Of a stretch of DNA of 27,572 nt, positions 1 through 7,507 are shown piece after piece. The position numbers and the translations under genes were made by a program. The DNA is from a virus. Taxonomy: Duplodnaviria > Heunggongvirae > Uroviricota > Caudoviricetes. The first letter of the stretch is position 1. The number at the start of each line of letters is the position of its first letter. Under the pieces are notes generated by a model. That model saw only the letters and a program-made list of their open reading frames with translations. It had not been told where the DNA came from and made no database searches. Where the stretch lies: IMG/VR virus record IMGVR_UViG_2639762873_000006, positions 1-27,572 of that record; one strand, written 5' to 3'.

Positions 1-294
1 ATGTCTAAGGGTGTATCTACTGATTTGATCATTAAGGCACATGATTTAGGATTCAAGATTAACGAGATTGATAATCGTGTAACGGGAATGTTTCATGTAG
101 TAATTAGTTCCCGTCATAATGAGCGTGAATTATTCAGTATGTTTCTTATGTCTGGTGGCTTGTTCCATTGGGAAAAGAACATCAATTTACCCAAGAGTGT
201 AACCGATAAGATCACTATTGCCCGATTCGATGGTGAACGTGCTTTCACTTCATTACTAGAAGTAGTATCCGAAGAAATTACTAACGTACATTAA
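1..294 (+). CDS. hypothetical protein (ATG at window position 1; may extend upstream of the window)
   Basis: 97-aa ORF from the six-frame track; followed by a hairpin at 299-337; no recognisable motif. Confidence 0.4.
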   Translation: MSKGVSTDLIIKAHDLGFKINEIDNRVTGMFHVVISSRHNERELFSMFLMSGGLFHWEKNINLPKSVTDKITIARFDGERAFTSLLEVVSEEITNVH

Positions 295-298
295 TCAA

Positions 299-337
299 TT
301 AACACTACTAGTACCGGAAATATACTGGTAGTGTTAA
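299..337 (+). terminator. imperfect hairpin after first ORF (about 13-bp stem, one mismatch)
   Basis: TTAACACTACTAG ... CTGGTAGTGTTAA inverted repeat directly after the stop at 292-294; no clear T-run. Confidence 0.3.
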
Positions 338-615
338 TATGGACACTCTATGAAAAAATTAACCTTTACTTACCTTGCGGCTGCAAATTTCTTTTTCTTC
401 ATTGCTGGGATCTTTACATGCGTATTAGTTGTATTGCAGGTGGACTTATAACCGAAGTTTTCGACGATCACGACCGAAAGGTAGGGGCGGTCACTATGTC
501 TAAGCATCCCCGACACATCAACAAGCCTTTTAGTGATGGTAAGAAGTGGCACACTACCTATAACGAAGCACTATTGAGCTTACTTACTAGAAAACGCGTC
601 AACATTAAGCTATGA
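331..615 (+). CDS. hypothetical protein, start uncertain (GTG at 331; internal ATG at 496 would give a 39-aa basic peptide)
   Basis: ORF whose stop overlaps the next start as ATGA (612-615), suggesting translational coupling; N-terminal half is Cys/Trp-rich and looks unlike protein. Confidence 0.3.
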   Translation: MLIWTLYEKINLYLPCGCKFLFLHCWDLYMRISCIAGGLITEVFDDHDRKVGAVTMSKHPRHINKPFSDGKKWHTTYNEALLSLLTRKRVNIKL

Positions 616-833
616 ATGATCTACATGAGCTAAACGTACTCTATATAGATACAGTACGGAAACTTACCGAAGAAGATCTACTAGGTGAATTTGGTCTTAC
701 CAGTGAGATGATAAACACTTTGAAGGAGATCCCACTTGCAAATATAGTTAAACTAACCGATTGTACTCAGTTACTGTTAAAACCAAATGAGGCTGTATTA
801 TGGGAAGCATTAAAAGCATTACCGCAAAAATGA
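612..833 (+). CDS. hypothetical protein (73 aa)
   Basis: ORF with ATGA overlap to both the upstream and downstream genes. Confidence 0.5.
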   Translation: MNDLHELNVLYIDTVRKLTEEDLLGEFGLTSEMINTLKEIPLANIVKLTDCTQLLLKPNEAVLWEALKALPQK

Positions 834-1483
834 TCAGTACGATTCTGAATGATGATTTTAATGTAGGTATGTTGACTGCCGACGCAACAGGCCGCAATGC
901 ACTGGCAAACGTCAACGAAGAAGATATAGATACACTTATTCAACGCCTGGGCGAAGTGAAGGACTATGTAAGCACACTACGTACCGAGCGACTAAACGAA
1001 GCTAAGAAGCTATTAGAATCACTTGTACAAGAGTCTGGTAGCTTCTCTAGTGTAGAGGAACTGCTTTCTACACTTGCCGTATCTTCTCCTGCTTCCATAC
1101 CACAAAAAGCATCGAAGCCAAACGGTAATAAGATATTCGAAGTAGTCATAGTTGATAGCAAGAAGGACGAAAGAAGAACCTATAATGTAATCAATAAGAA
1201 GTTACCAGCGGCATTACTCAAGGATGAAGTATACATTCAGTTGGTTAAGAAGAATCCCGAACTATCGGACGTTGACGAGTTTTTACGGGCGTATAGTGAG
1301 GACTATCGCAAAAAATACCCGCTTAATGCGAAGTGGAACGGTCATGAGTTCCATCTAAACCAGAAAGGGAAGATGAACGCGAAAGCACAAGAATACTACG
1401 CCGAGTACAAGCAGCAGTATCCTAAACAGGCCGACGAGCAAGACTTTAAAGAACTTGTTACTAAAGCGTATAAGGTAGTATAA
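830..1483 (+). CDS. hypothetical protein with Lys-rich C-terminal half
   Basis: ORF 800-1483 in the track; ATG at 830 overlaps the upstream stop (ATGA), so 830 is preferred. Confidence 0.5.
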   Translation: MISTILNDDFNVGMLTADATGRNALANVNEEDIDTLIQRLGEVKDYVSTLRTERLNEAKKLLESLVQESGSFSSVEELLSTLAVSSPASIPQKASKPNGNKIFEVVIVDSKKDERRTYNVINKKLPAALLKDEVYIQLVKKNPELSDVDEFLRAYSEDYRKKYPLNAKWNGHEFHLNQKGKMNAKAQEYYAEYKQQYPKQADEQDFKELVTKAYKVV

Positions 1484-1490
1484 GAATAAC

Positions 1491-1523
1491 AATAGCTACT
1501 ACACAAATAAAGTAGTAGCTATT
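1491..1523 (+). terminator. perfect 12-bp stem hairpin (AATAGCTACTAC / GTAGTAGCTATT, 9-nt loop)
   Basis: Inverted repeat read directly from the sequence just after the stop at 1481-1483; no T-run, so it may be a processing or attenuation site rather than an intrinsic terminator. Confidence 0.45.
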
Positions 1524-1591
1524 ACTAAATATCATAGCTATAATAATTCACATCAAACATCACCTCACACAATCACTACAAGGATTTACTA

Positions 1592-1972
1592 ATGAAAAAT
1601 CTCTTTACCCTAGCTGTACTCGCTACGGCTACAATCACTACTGGCTGTACTACTATAACGCCTGCTTTTATGAATGAAGCCGTAGTAGGTGATATTAACG
1701 GTCGTACACTAGTATTATTCCCCGTAAATGGTGGTAAAGAGTATCGCCCACAATTCAGTAGTGATTGTCAGCCTATGCTATTGGGTGAAGAACGCCCATC
1801 TACTGGTAGCTGTATTATTGCCGCCGACCGACTTACAAATATTCATAGCTTCGAAGAACATAAAGCCCACGGCCCCCACAAAAACACCACTAAGATAGTT
1901 GATCGTTCAAATAATTACGGTACAGAATTTGAGTTATCGAAACCAACTAATTATATAGACGATAATCTGTGA
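1592..1972 (+). CDS. putative lipoprotein (126 aa)
   Basis: N-terminus MKNLFTLAVLATATITTGC: basic residue, hydrophobic core, lipobox-like TTGC with Cys at about position 19; RBS AAGGA 8 nt upstream. Confidence 0.6.
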   Translation: MKNLFTLAVLATATITTGCTTITPAFMNEAVVGDINGRTLVLFPVNGGKEYRPQFSSDCQPMLLGEERPSTGSCIIAADRLTNIHSFEEHKAHGPHKNTTKIVDRSNNYGTEFELSKPTNYIDDNL

Positions 1973-2151
1973 TGAAGAAAACAATATTTGCCGTACTTTT
2001 AGTTATGGGGACTGCATATTACTATGATATAATAAAATACATTAACCCTACTTATTAAATTGCAGTCGCCGTAATCAAAAACACTGTCATTATCTGGCAT
2101 CAACAATGCCATTGATTCTGATAAAGTAGATAATCCCGAATGGATGAATTT

Positions 2152-2532
2152 ATGAAAAAGATTGTACTGTCTGCATTACTGTTAGTAGCCCCTTCGGTAC
2201 TGGCAGTAAATGTAATACTCCCTGATGATGGTTTATATCGTTGCGGTGTTGAATCGTGGGAACAGGTAGGAAAGCGAGTAGTAAAGACTGGTTATTATGG
2301 TATGACTGGTTATGTGAGTATTGATAACCGTGCTGTTAGTGTGAAGTTTAGGGATATGAATATTTCATTCAGCCCTGTTTCAAAACTTAAAAGCGGTCGC
2401 CTGATGGCCTATGCCGTAGATACTGACCAGTACGATATTATTATTAGTGCAATCAATGGTAAAACACAGTATATGGTCAGCAATGAGAATAATCCCGTAT
2501 TTTTGAACTTCTCCAATTGTATTATTGAATAA
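2152..2532 (+). CDS. secreted protein, paralog A (signal peptide MKKIVLSALLLVAPSVLA)
   Basis: Start at MKK chosen by alignment to paralog B; shared GLY(R/Q)C motif and C-terminal (F)(S/Q)NC(I/V) motif. Confidence 0.6.
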   Translation: MKKIVLSALLLVAPSVLAVNVILPDDGLYRCGVESWEQVGKRVVKTGYYGMTGYVSIDNRAVSVKFRDMNISFSPVSKLKSGRLMAYAVDTDQYDIIISAINGKTQYMVSNENNPVFLNFSNCIIE

Positions 2533-2541
2533 GGAATAGAA

Positions 2542-2928
2542 ATGAAAAAGGTTATCGTATCTGCATTACTGTTAGTAGCTCCTTCGGTACTGGCTAACAC
2601 TCACTCTCTACCAGAGCAGGGATTGTATCAATGTGATGTGAAAGTAGTTGAAATGCTGGGTGATACTCCAGTAGAAAAATCTTCTTATTCTGGTGCAGGT
2701 CACGCTAAAGTTAATAGTGATGGTTTTATCCTTAACTTCGGTGCAATGACTCACGCCACCGGACCAATAGAATCTAATGATTCAATGACAATGGCTTATG
2801 ATAATGATAAGCAGCGATACTTCCTTGCAACAATGGGAAGTAAAGAGCAAAACGATATTACTTTTATCTTCTTATTGAGATCTGATACTCGTAATTACTA
2901 CTTTCAAAACTGCGTTAAAATAAAATAA
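2542..2928 (+). CDS. secreted protein, paralog B (signal peptide MKKVIVSALLLVAPSVLA)
   Basis: RBS AAGGAA upstream; signal peptide nearly identical to paralog A at nucleotide level; mature part diverged. Confidence 0.65.
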   Translation: MKKVIVSALLLVAPSVLANTHSLPEQGLYQCDVKVVEMLGDTPVEKSSYSGAGHAKVNSDGFILNFGAMTHATGPIESNDSMTMAYDNDKQRYFLATMGSKEQNDITFIFLLRSDTRNYYFQNCVKIK

Positions 2929-2937
2929 GGGATATAT

Positions 2938-3147
2938 ATGTCAGAGAAACTAATTAAAGCAATCCGTAATATCACGGAATATAATATGAGTATTGAGCGT
3001 ATCATTGTTAGTACCGAAGACCAGCAACACTATTATAGTATTAATCCTTATAAGGAAACTGTAATAAAGGTAGCAGACCAATACGGCAAACCAATTGAAG
3101 GGGAAGTAGAAATACCACAAATACCGCCATTATTCGATACTAACTAA
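2938..3147 (+). CDS. hypothetical protein (69 aa)
   Basis: ORF with RBS AAGGGA; followed by an intrinsic terminator. Confidence 0.5.
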   Translation: MSEKLIKAIRNITEYNMSIERIIVSTEDQQHYYSINPYKETVIKVADQYGKPIEGEVEIPQIPPLFDTN

Positions 3148-3153
3148 TAATAT

Positions 3154-3180
3154 AGCCCACTAATAAAAGTGGGCTTTTTA
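3154..3180 (+). terminator. rho-independent terminator (AGCCCACT / AGTGGGCT stem, then TTTT)
   Basis: 8-bp perfect stem, 6-nt loop, T-run, directly after the stop at 3145-3147. Confidence 0.7.
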
Positions 3181-3198
3181 ATCTAATAAGGAAAGTAA

Positions 3199-3672
3199 AT
3201 GAAAATTATAAAAAACATTCCTTCACTTCCAGATGTAGAAGTGACACTAAGTAGCCGTACTAATGAAATTGTATTAGTACACAATACTAAAACTGGTCAT
3301 ACAGTAGTAGAGAATAATGATTCATGGTATGAGGGAAACACCGATAAAAAATCACATTGGGGTGATCATATCGATGATGCAGCAGCTTTTCATAGCTTCG
3401 CACAGAATCGCTGTACTAATCCCACTACTAAACCAGATCAAATTAGTGATTTAGCATTAGGTACGTTTTGCTTTCATAATGTATTAGAAGAAGATCTTGT
3501 ATTTGAAAACACTGATTACCATGCTGCAAGGTTATCCGGTATAGGTCGTGTAGTACCCACTGATTATAATAGTGTGACGGTATATGATCCAAATAATAAC
3601 CCACCAACCACTATTACAGGCGATGCAGCAGAAATTATAGTTCGCCTTCTATCAATGACAGTAACCAACTAA
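3199..3672 (+). CDS. hypothetical protein (157 aa)
   Basis: ORF with RBS AAGGAAA; no recognisable motif. Confidence 0.55.
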   Translation: MKIIKNIPSLPDVEVTLSSRTNEIVLVHNTKTGHTVVENNDSWYEGNTDKKSHWGDHIDDAAAFHSFAQNRCTNPTTKPDQISDLALGTFCFHNVLEEDLVFENTDYHAARLSGIGRVVPTDYNSVTVYDPNNNPPTTITGDAAEIIVRLLSMTVTN

Positions 3673-3678
3673 TAATCT

Positions 3679-3700
3679 AGCCCACTACTCACAGTGGGCT
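3679..3700 (+). repeat. second copy of the AGCCCACT / AGTGGGCT hairpin (different loop, no T-run)
   Basis: Same 8-bp stem as at 3154-3175 with conserved flanks (TAATAAT.TAG upstream, AATCTAA..AGGAAA downstream). Confidence 0.5.
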
Positions 3701-3725
3701 ATTCAATCTAACGAGGAAAAATATA

Positions 3726-4382
3726 ATGACAGGTAAAGAACTATTTGAAGAATTTATTATGCACGATCACCGCAAAGGACTTACATGTACTATTGATATT
3801 CGTCCTTCCAGTAAGCCGGGATTCGAACTAATCGGGGTAGGTCATTTCAATTTAGGTAAAGGTTATCGTTTCTATCTCAGCGAAGACTGCGTAGAAATCC
3901 GTGATAATCTATCCCGCTTACGTCATGAACATCGTAAAATAGTATCAGAACGGTTAGACGATCCAATAGAGGCACTAGATTCAATTATCTATTCTTCTCT
4001 ATATGGTGATTATCATGGCTGTACTAATCGTTATTTTGGCGGTGTATTAGTTCACTACGCATTAGAACTAAAATCAAAGATAACCGTAACTATATCTACT
4101 GATGAAAACTTATTGTTCAAAGATCTACCGCCAGATGTACAGGAAGAAATGAAGTATGATGTATATCTAAAAGATCGCAAACGTGTAGTAGCTTATGACT
4201 CATTACAATATAGTGATAATAAAGAATTTATCCTACAACACTATAAACCATGTGCCCCACATCCAAATCGTGTAGTATTCACAGATGGAACGGCAGAACA
4301 GCTACAAGATCAATCACCAGTACATATACCTGGCTATACTGAATACGTAACTAGCTATACTGGTAAACGCCACTTCAAGTAA
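3726..4382 (+). CDS. hypothetical protein (218 aa)
   Basis: ORF with RBS GAGGAAAA; no recognisable motif. Confidence 0.6.
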   Translation: MTGKELFEEFIMHDHRKGLTCTIDIRPSSKPGFELIGVGHFNLGKGYRFYLSEDCVEIRDNLSRLRHEHRKIVSERLDDPIEALDSIIYSSLYGDYHGCTNRYFGGVLVHYALELKSKITVTISTDENLLFKDLPPDVQEEMKYDVYLKDRKRVVAYDSLQYSDNKEFILQHYKPCAPHPNRVVFTDGTAEQLQDQSPVHIPGYTEYVTSYTGKRHFK

Positions 4383-4395
4383 TCCCATCCCCTAA

Positions 4396-4422
4396 ATACT
4401 CCTATACATGCTATAGGAGTAT
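4396..4422 (+). promoter_or_regulatory. perfect 11-bp stem hairpin whose 3' arm contains the GGAG Shine-Dalgarno of the next gene
   Basis: ATACTCCTATA catgc TATAGGAGTAT; GGAG at 4416-4419 lies in the right arm, 9 nt before the ATG at 4429. Confidence 0.4.
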
Positions 4423-4428
4423 CACACC

Positions 4429-4815
4429 ATGAATACAATCTACCTACACTTCCCTGATGGAACGTATAAGGCCATAGAAAGCACCACAGGCCGACAGGAA
4501 TCAGGATACATACCATCACGCAAGGATAAGCTAATAACCGCTCATATCATCACACAGGACGGTTACGAGCTATTCATAGATACCTATACACTAACGCTTA
4601 AGTATAAATACATTACATTAAACTACTCACGCTTCACCATAGGCCGTACTAATTACCCTATCAATGCACTAGATACATTCAGCGGTAGTGAGCTACCACA
4701 CTTAACCCGACTAAGGGAACTACGCGACGAGATCTTACAGTACCGTACCGTAGATGGTCTGCCTATCTCTTATCGTTGTGATGTAATCGTTAGTAATATG
4801 GTGATACTCAAGTAG
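4429..4815 (+). CDS. hypothetical protein (128 aa)
   Basis: ORF; its RBS is embedded in the upstream hairpin. Confidence 0.55.
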   Translation: MNTIYLHFPDGTYKAIESTTGRQESGYIPSRKDKLITAHIITQDGYELFIDTYTLTLKYKYITLNYSRFTIGRTNYPINALDTFSGSELPHLTRLRELRDEILQYRTVDGLPISYRCDVIVSNMVILK

Positions 4816-4991
4816 ATTGCATAGACAATGCATAAACAGTGAATAATAGAATGATGGTATACTTCGGTACTGATAGGTGAAACATATCAACATTATGTGC
4901 AATTTGTGCGATTTTATCGAAAAATGATGAAATAAATCAAAATAAAGGTTGACAGTCCAAAATTATCATAGGTTCTCCCAAAAATGGCAAA

Positions 4992-5013
4992 GAGGGCGAG
5001 TTTTCGCCGCGAG
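4992..5013. other. GC-rich island in an AT-rich non-coding region; candidate cos/terminase recognition element
   Basis: GAGGGCGAGTTTTCGCCGCGAG is the only GC-rich stretch in the 4816-5132 intergenic region, about 120 bp upstream of the terminase small subunit; contains a GGCGA/TCGCC hairpin and elements like those I recall from lambda cos (GGGCG, GTTTTCGC). Confidence 0.25.
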
Positions 5014-5132
5014 TTATAATAAAAATACGTGAGAAATTTTACATAAAACAAACAAATATATAGATAAAACCTATTAGTACCGAAATAGATAGAAAATACC
5101 AATCAATGGAAAATGAATAGGAATTGCATAAA

Positions 5133-5702
5133 ATGGCAAAAAATAAAGACGATGGAACCCGCTATTCCTGGCAAGAAATCGCCGACCGATTCGGCGTAGA
5201 ACATTCCACAGTATCGCGTATCTGGTCGGGGAAAGGATTAGATATTAGCTGGCCTAAGAAATTAGTAGACGACTGGTTACTAGCGAACGTAATCGAACCA
5301 ATGCGTAATGGTGATGTGAAGGGAATGATCCATAAAGCCACACTACGCAAACTAGAAGCAGAAGCAGACCTAAAAGAATTAGAACTACGACAGCAATCTG
5401 GTGAACTAATTCCGGTAGCAGTAGTACAGCAAACATTATCACAATATTTCTATCAACTACGTCAGGTACTAAGAAGTATACCGGCAGCAAGTTACGTAGA
5501 ACTATTTGAATCACAGGACGCTTTAGAATTAAAAATTAAATTACAGGACAAGATAGACCGCCAGCTAGAGGAAATAGGCGGCTATGAATATGAGGGAACA
5601 TATGAAGAACAACTACCAGAAGATGATGAAGATCCTAACGAGGGCGGCGAAGTCGATCCTACCTCCGAAGAAACAACTACCCGCAGAGTGGGTAGAGAGT
5701 AA
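5133..5702 (+). CDS. terminase small subunit (HTH DNA-binding, acidic C-terminus)
   Basis: Immediately upstream of the large terminase; helix-turn-helix-like SWQEIADRFGVEHSTVSRIW near the N-terminus; track start 5124 is TTG, so the first ATG at 5133 (RBS AGGAA) is preferred. Confidence 0.6.
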   Translation: MAKNKDDGTRYSWQEIADRFGVEHSTVSRIWSGKGLDISWPKKLVDDWLLANVIEPMRNGDVKGMIHKATLRKLEAEADLKELELRQQSGELIPVAVVQQTLSQYFYQLRQVLRSIPAASYVELFESQDALELKIKLQDKIDRQLEEIGGYEYEGTYEEQLPEDDEDPNEGGEVDPTSEETTTRRVGRE

Positions 5703-7497
5703 CCTAGTCTTCCCCGATGGCGAACTACAAGGGCAACGCGTCAAATTATTTGCCTTTCAACATAAGCCCATCAACGATATAGTTAATCCACGTGTACGTA
5801 AAGTGGTACTAATGAGTAGTGCTCAACTTCTCAAGACAACGGTACTACAGAATAGTATGTACTACTTCCTCGCCAATGATCCTAGTAACATGATATTTGG
5901 CGGTGCTACTGGTGGTACTACTAGTAAATTTAGGACTGGTAAATGGCAAGCAGTCATCGAAGCATGTTCGGTACTGAAAAATCTCGTTAGTAATAAGAAC
6001 GACAAGAACTATACGAACAATGACAAGACACAACAAAATTTAGATGGTACGTTTACCTACTTCCTGTCATTGGGTAGTAGTGCTTCACTACGTGGTCTAA
6101 CGGCCCCTCGCGTATTTTTGGATGAGATATCCAATGTCAACGCCGACGGCGAAGAAGGCAATCCCTTGAAGCTGGCAGAACAGAGAACGAAAGCATTCAG
6201 TAACCCCCTTATTATGTGCTGTTCTACTCCACTTGATGAACATGACCTGATTACCCAACAGTACGAACAAAGTAATAAACAAAAGTTTTATGTACCTTGC
6301 CCTCACTGTAACCACTCACACGAAATGGTATTTGAAAATGTTAAATTCGAATGGAAGATTATTGAAGGCGGTCGCCGTCGTATTCCTGATGCAGACACTG
6401 CAAGGCTAGAATGTCCTAAGTGTAATAATGTAATAACAGAAGCAGAACGTGTACGAATGATCCGTAGGGGTGAATGGATAGTAACAGCACCAGAAGTAAC
6501 CGATATAATGGGCTATCACATATCTAGACTCTATTCCCCTATCAACTCGATCAAATCGATTGTAGCAGACTTTGCCGAAGCACATTATACCTTTGACCTT
6601 GCATCATTCTATAACAACGTCTTAGGACTACCATATATTGATAAAGAGAATACCGACCATGATTTAGTATTATTGGAGAACCTAAGAGATAGTGAAATAG
6701 ATATTAATAATATACCCGACGATGTACTAGGGGTGGTATACGGCGTCGATCAGCAGCTCGACAGGTTGGAGGTAACTACACTAGGAGTAAGTGAGAAGAA
6801 TCTCTATGTTTTAGATCATCGCAGTATATACGCAATTGACTGTACTAAAATCGAAGCCCCAGCATGGAATAAACTAACGGCCTTTGCCAATGCACCATTG
6901 AAAACACATTCGGGTAAACCACTTAAAGTATTAGCCGGATTCGTCGATAGTAGTAATGGCAACGCAACCAGTACCGTATATCGTTATTGCAGTAACTCTA
7001 CTATCTTTAAACCTATTAAGGGTGGTACGTCTAACTCAAACCCACTATTCAAAGGTAGTACCGCTGGTGGTCACTCCCTGATTAACCTTAATGTAAACTT
7101 AGGTAAAACGAACGTTAGACAATTACTAAACCGTGCTGTATCCGATAGTGAAAATAGTAAGGAAGTACAAATACATTTCAGCCATTCATTACCAGATGAT
7201 TACTTTATTCAGATTACATCCGAGAAACGAGTGATAAAGGCTGGTGCCTGGGTATGGGTGAAAAAGGTTAGTAGTGCGAGGAATGAAACTCTCGATTGTC
7301 TTAATTACTCGCTTATATGTTTCCAGTGGTATCTATCTAAATTGGGTAGTCAACCATTCCGACAACTAAGGGAATATAACGCGAAACAAAAAGAGAAAGC
7401 AGGACTAAATAAAGAAGTAAATACAGAAGAAGCACCAACTAAGCCAACTCCAAAACGAGTAATAAGGCCGCGTAAAGGTGGTGGATTCTTTAAATAA
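5584..7497 (+). CDS. terminase large subunit, lambda gpA-like family
   Basis: 637 aa, close to lambda gpA length; N-terminal LPAEWVESN...FP motif resembles the gpA N-terminus; zinc-ribbon-like CPHC ... CPKC; C-terminal ETLDC motif. The 5' end overlaps the small subunit by about 119 nt; alternative start ATG 5602 has a GAGGGA RBS. Confidence 0.85.
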   Translation: MNMREHMKNNYQKMMKILTRAAKSILPPKKQLPAEWVESNLVFPDGELQGQRVKLFAFQHKPINDIVNPRVRKVVLMSSAQLLKTTVLQNSMYYFLANDPSNMIFGGATGGTTSKFRTGKWQAVIEACSVLKNLVSNKNDKNYTNNDKTQQNLDGTFTYFLSLGSSASLRGLTAPRVFLDEISNVNADGEEGNPLKLAEQRTKAFSNPLIMCCSTPLDEHDLITQQYEQSNKQKFYVPCPHCNHSHEMVFENVKFEWKIIEGGRRRIPDADTARLECPKCNNVITEAERVRMIRRGEWIVTAPEVTDIMGYHISRLYSPINSIKSIVADFAEAHYTFDLASFYNNVLGLPYIDKENTDHDLVLLENLRDSEIDINNIPDDVLGVVYGVDQQLDRLEVTTLGVSEKNLYVLDHRSIYAIDCTKIEAPAWNKLTAFANAPLKTHSGKPLKVLAGFVDSSNGNATSTVYRYCSNSTIFKPIKGGTSNSNPLFKGSTAGGHSLINLNVNLGKTNVRQLLNRAVSDSENSKEVQIHFSHSLPDDYFIQITSEKRVIKAGAWVWVKKVSSARNETLDCLNYSLICFQWYLSKLGSQPFRQLREYNAKQKEKAGLNKEVNTEEAPTKPTPKRVIRPRKGGGFFK

Positions 7498-7507
7498 GGA
7501 AAATAAA

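Noticed and set aside
370-552. Minus-strand and alternative-frame ORFs from the track (370-552, 964-1161, 2409-2600, 4914-5102, 5162-5350, 5254-5514, 5845-6036, 6097-6315, 7573-7806, 12376-12615, 13123-13332, 14200-14415, 17727-17921, 18316-18636, 20552-20827, 21650-22168; plus + frame 17643-17906 and 22759-22983)
   Set aside because: Each lies wholly inside a longer, well-supported ORF on the other strand or frame and has low-complexity or hydrophobic artefact composition; the exception, 2409-2600, spans the 3' end of paralog A and the 5' end of paralog B (including the intergenic gap) and is rejected on composition. No RBS or coupling evidence for any.
830-1483. H-NS-like nucleoid protein
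   Set aside because: Only a vague K-W-x-G resemblance to the H-NS DNA-binding motif; no convincing alignment.
1535-1544. TATAAT at 1539-1544 as a promoter for the lipoprotein gene
   Set aside because: No convincing -35 or extended -10 upstream (the -35 position falls inside the hairpin); TATAAT alone is common in AT-rich DNA.
4949-4977. TTGACA hexamer as a sigma-70 -35 element in the terminase-upstream region
   Set aside because: No acceptable -10 hexamer at 16-18 bp spacing (TATCAT is only 9 bp away), so I do not call a promoter.
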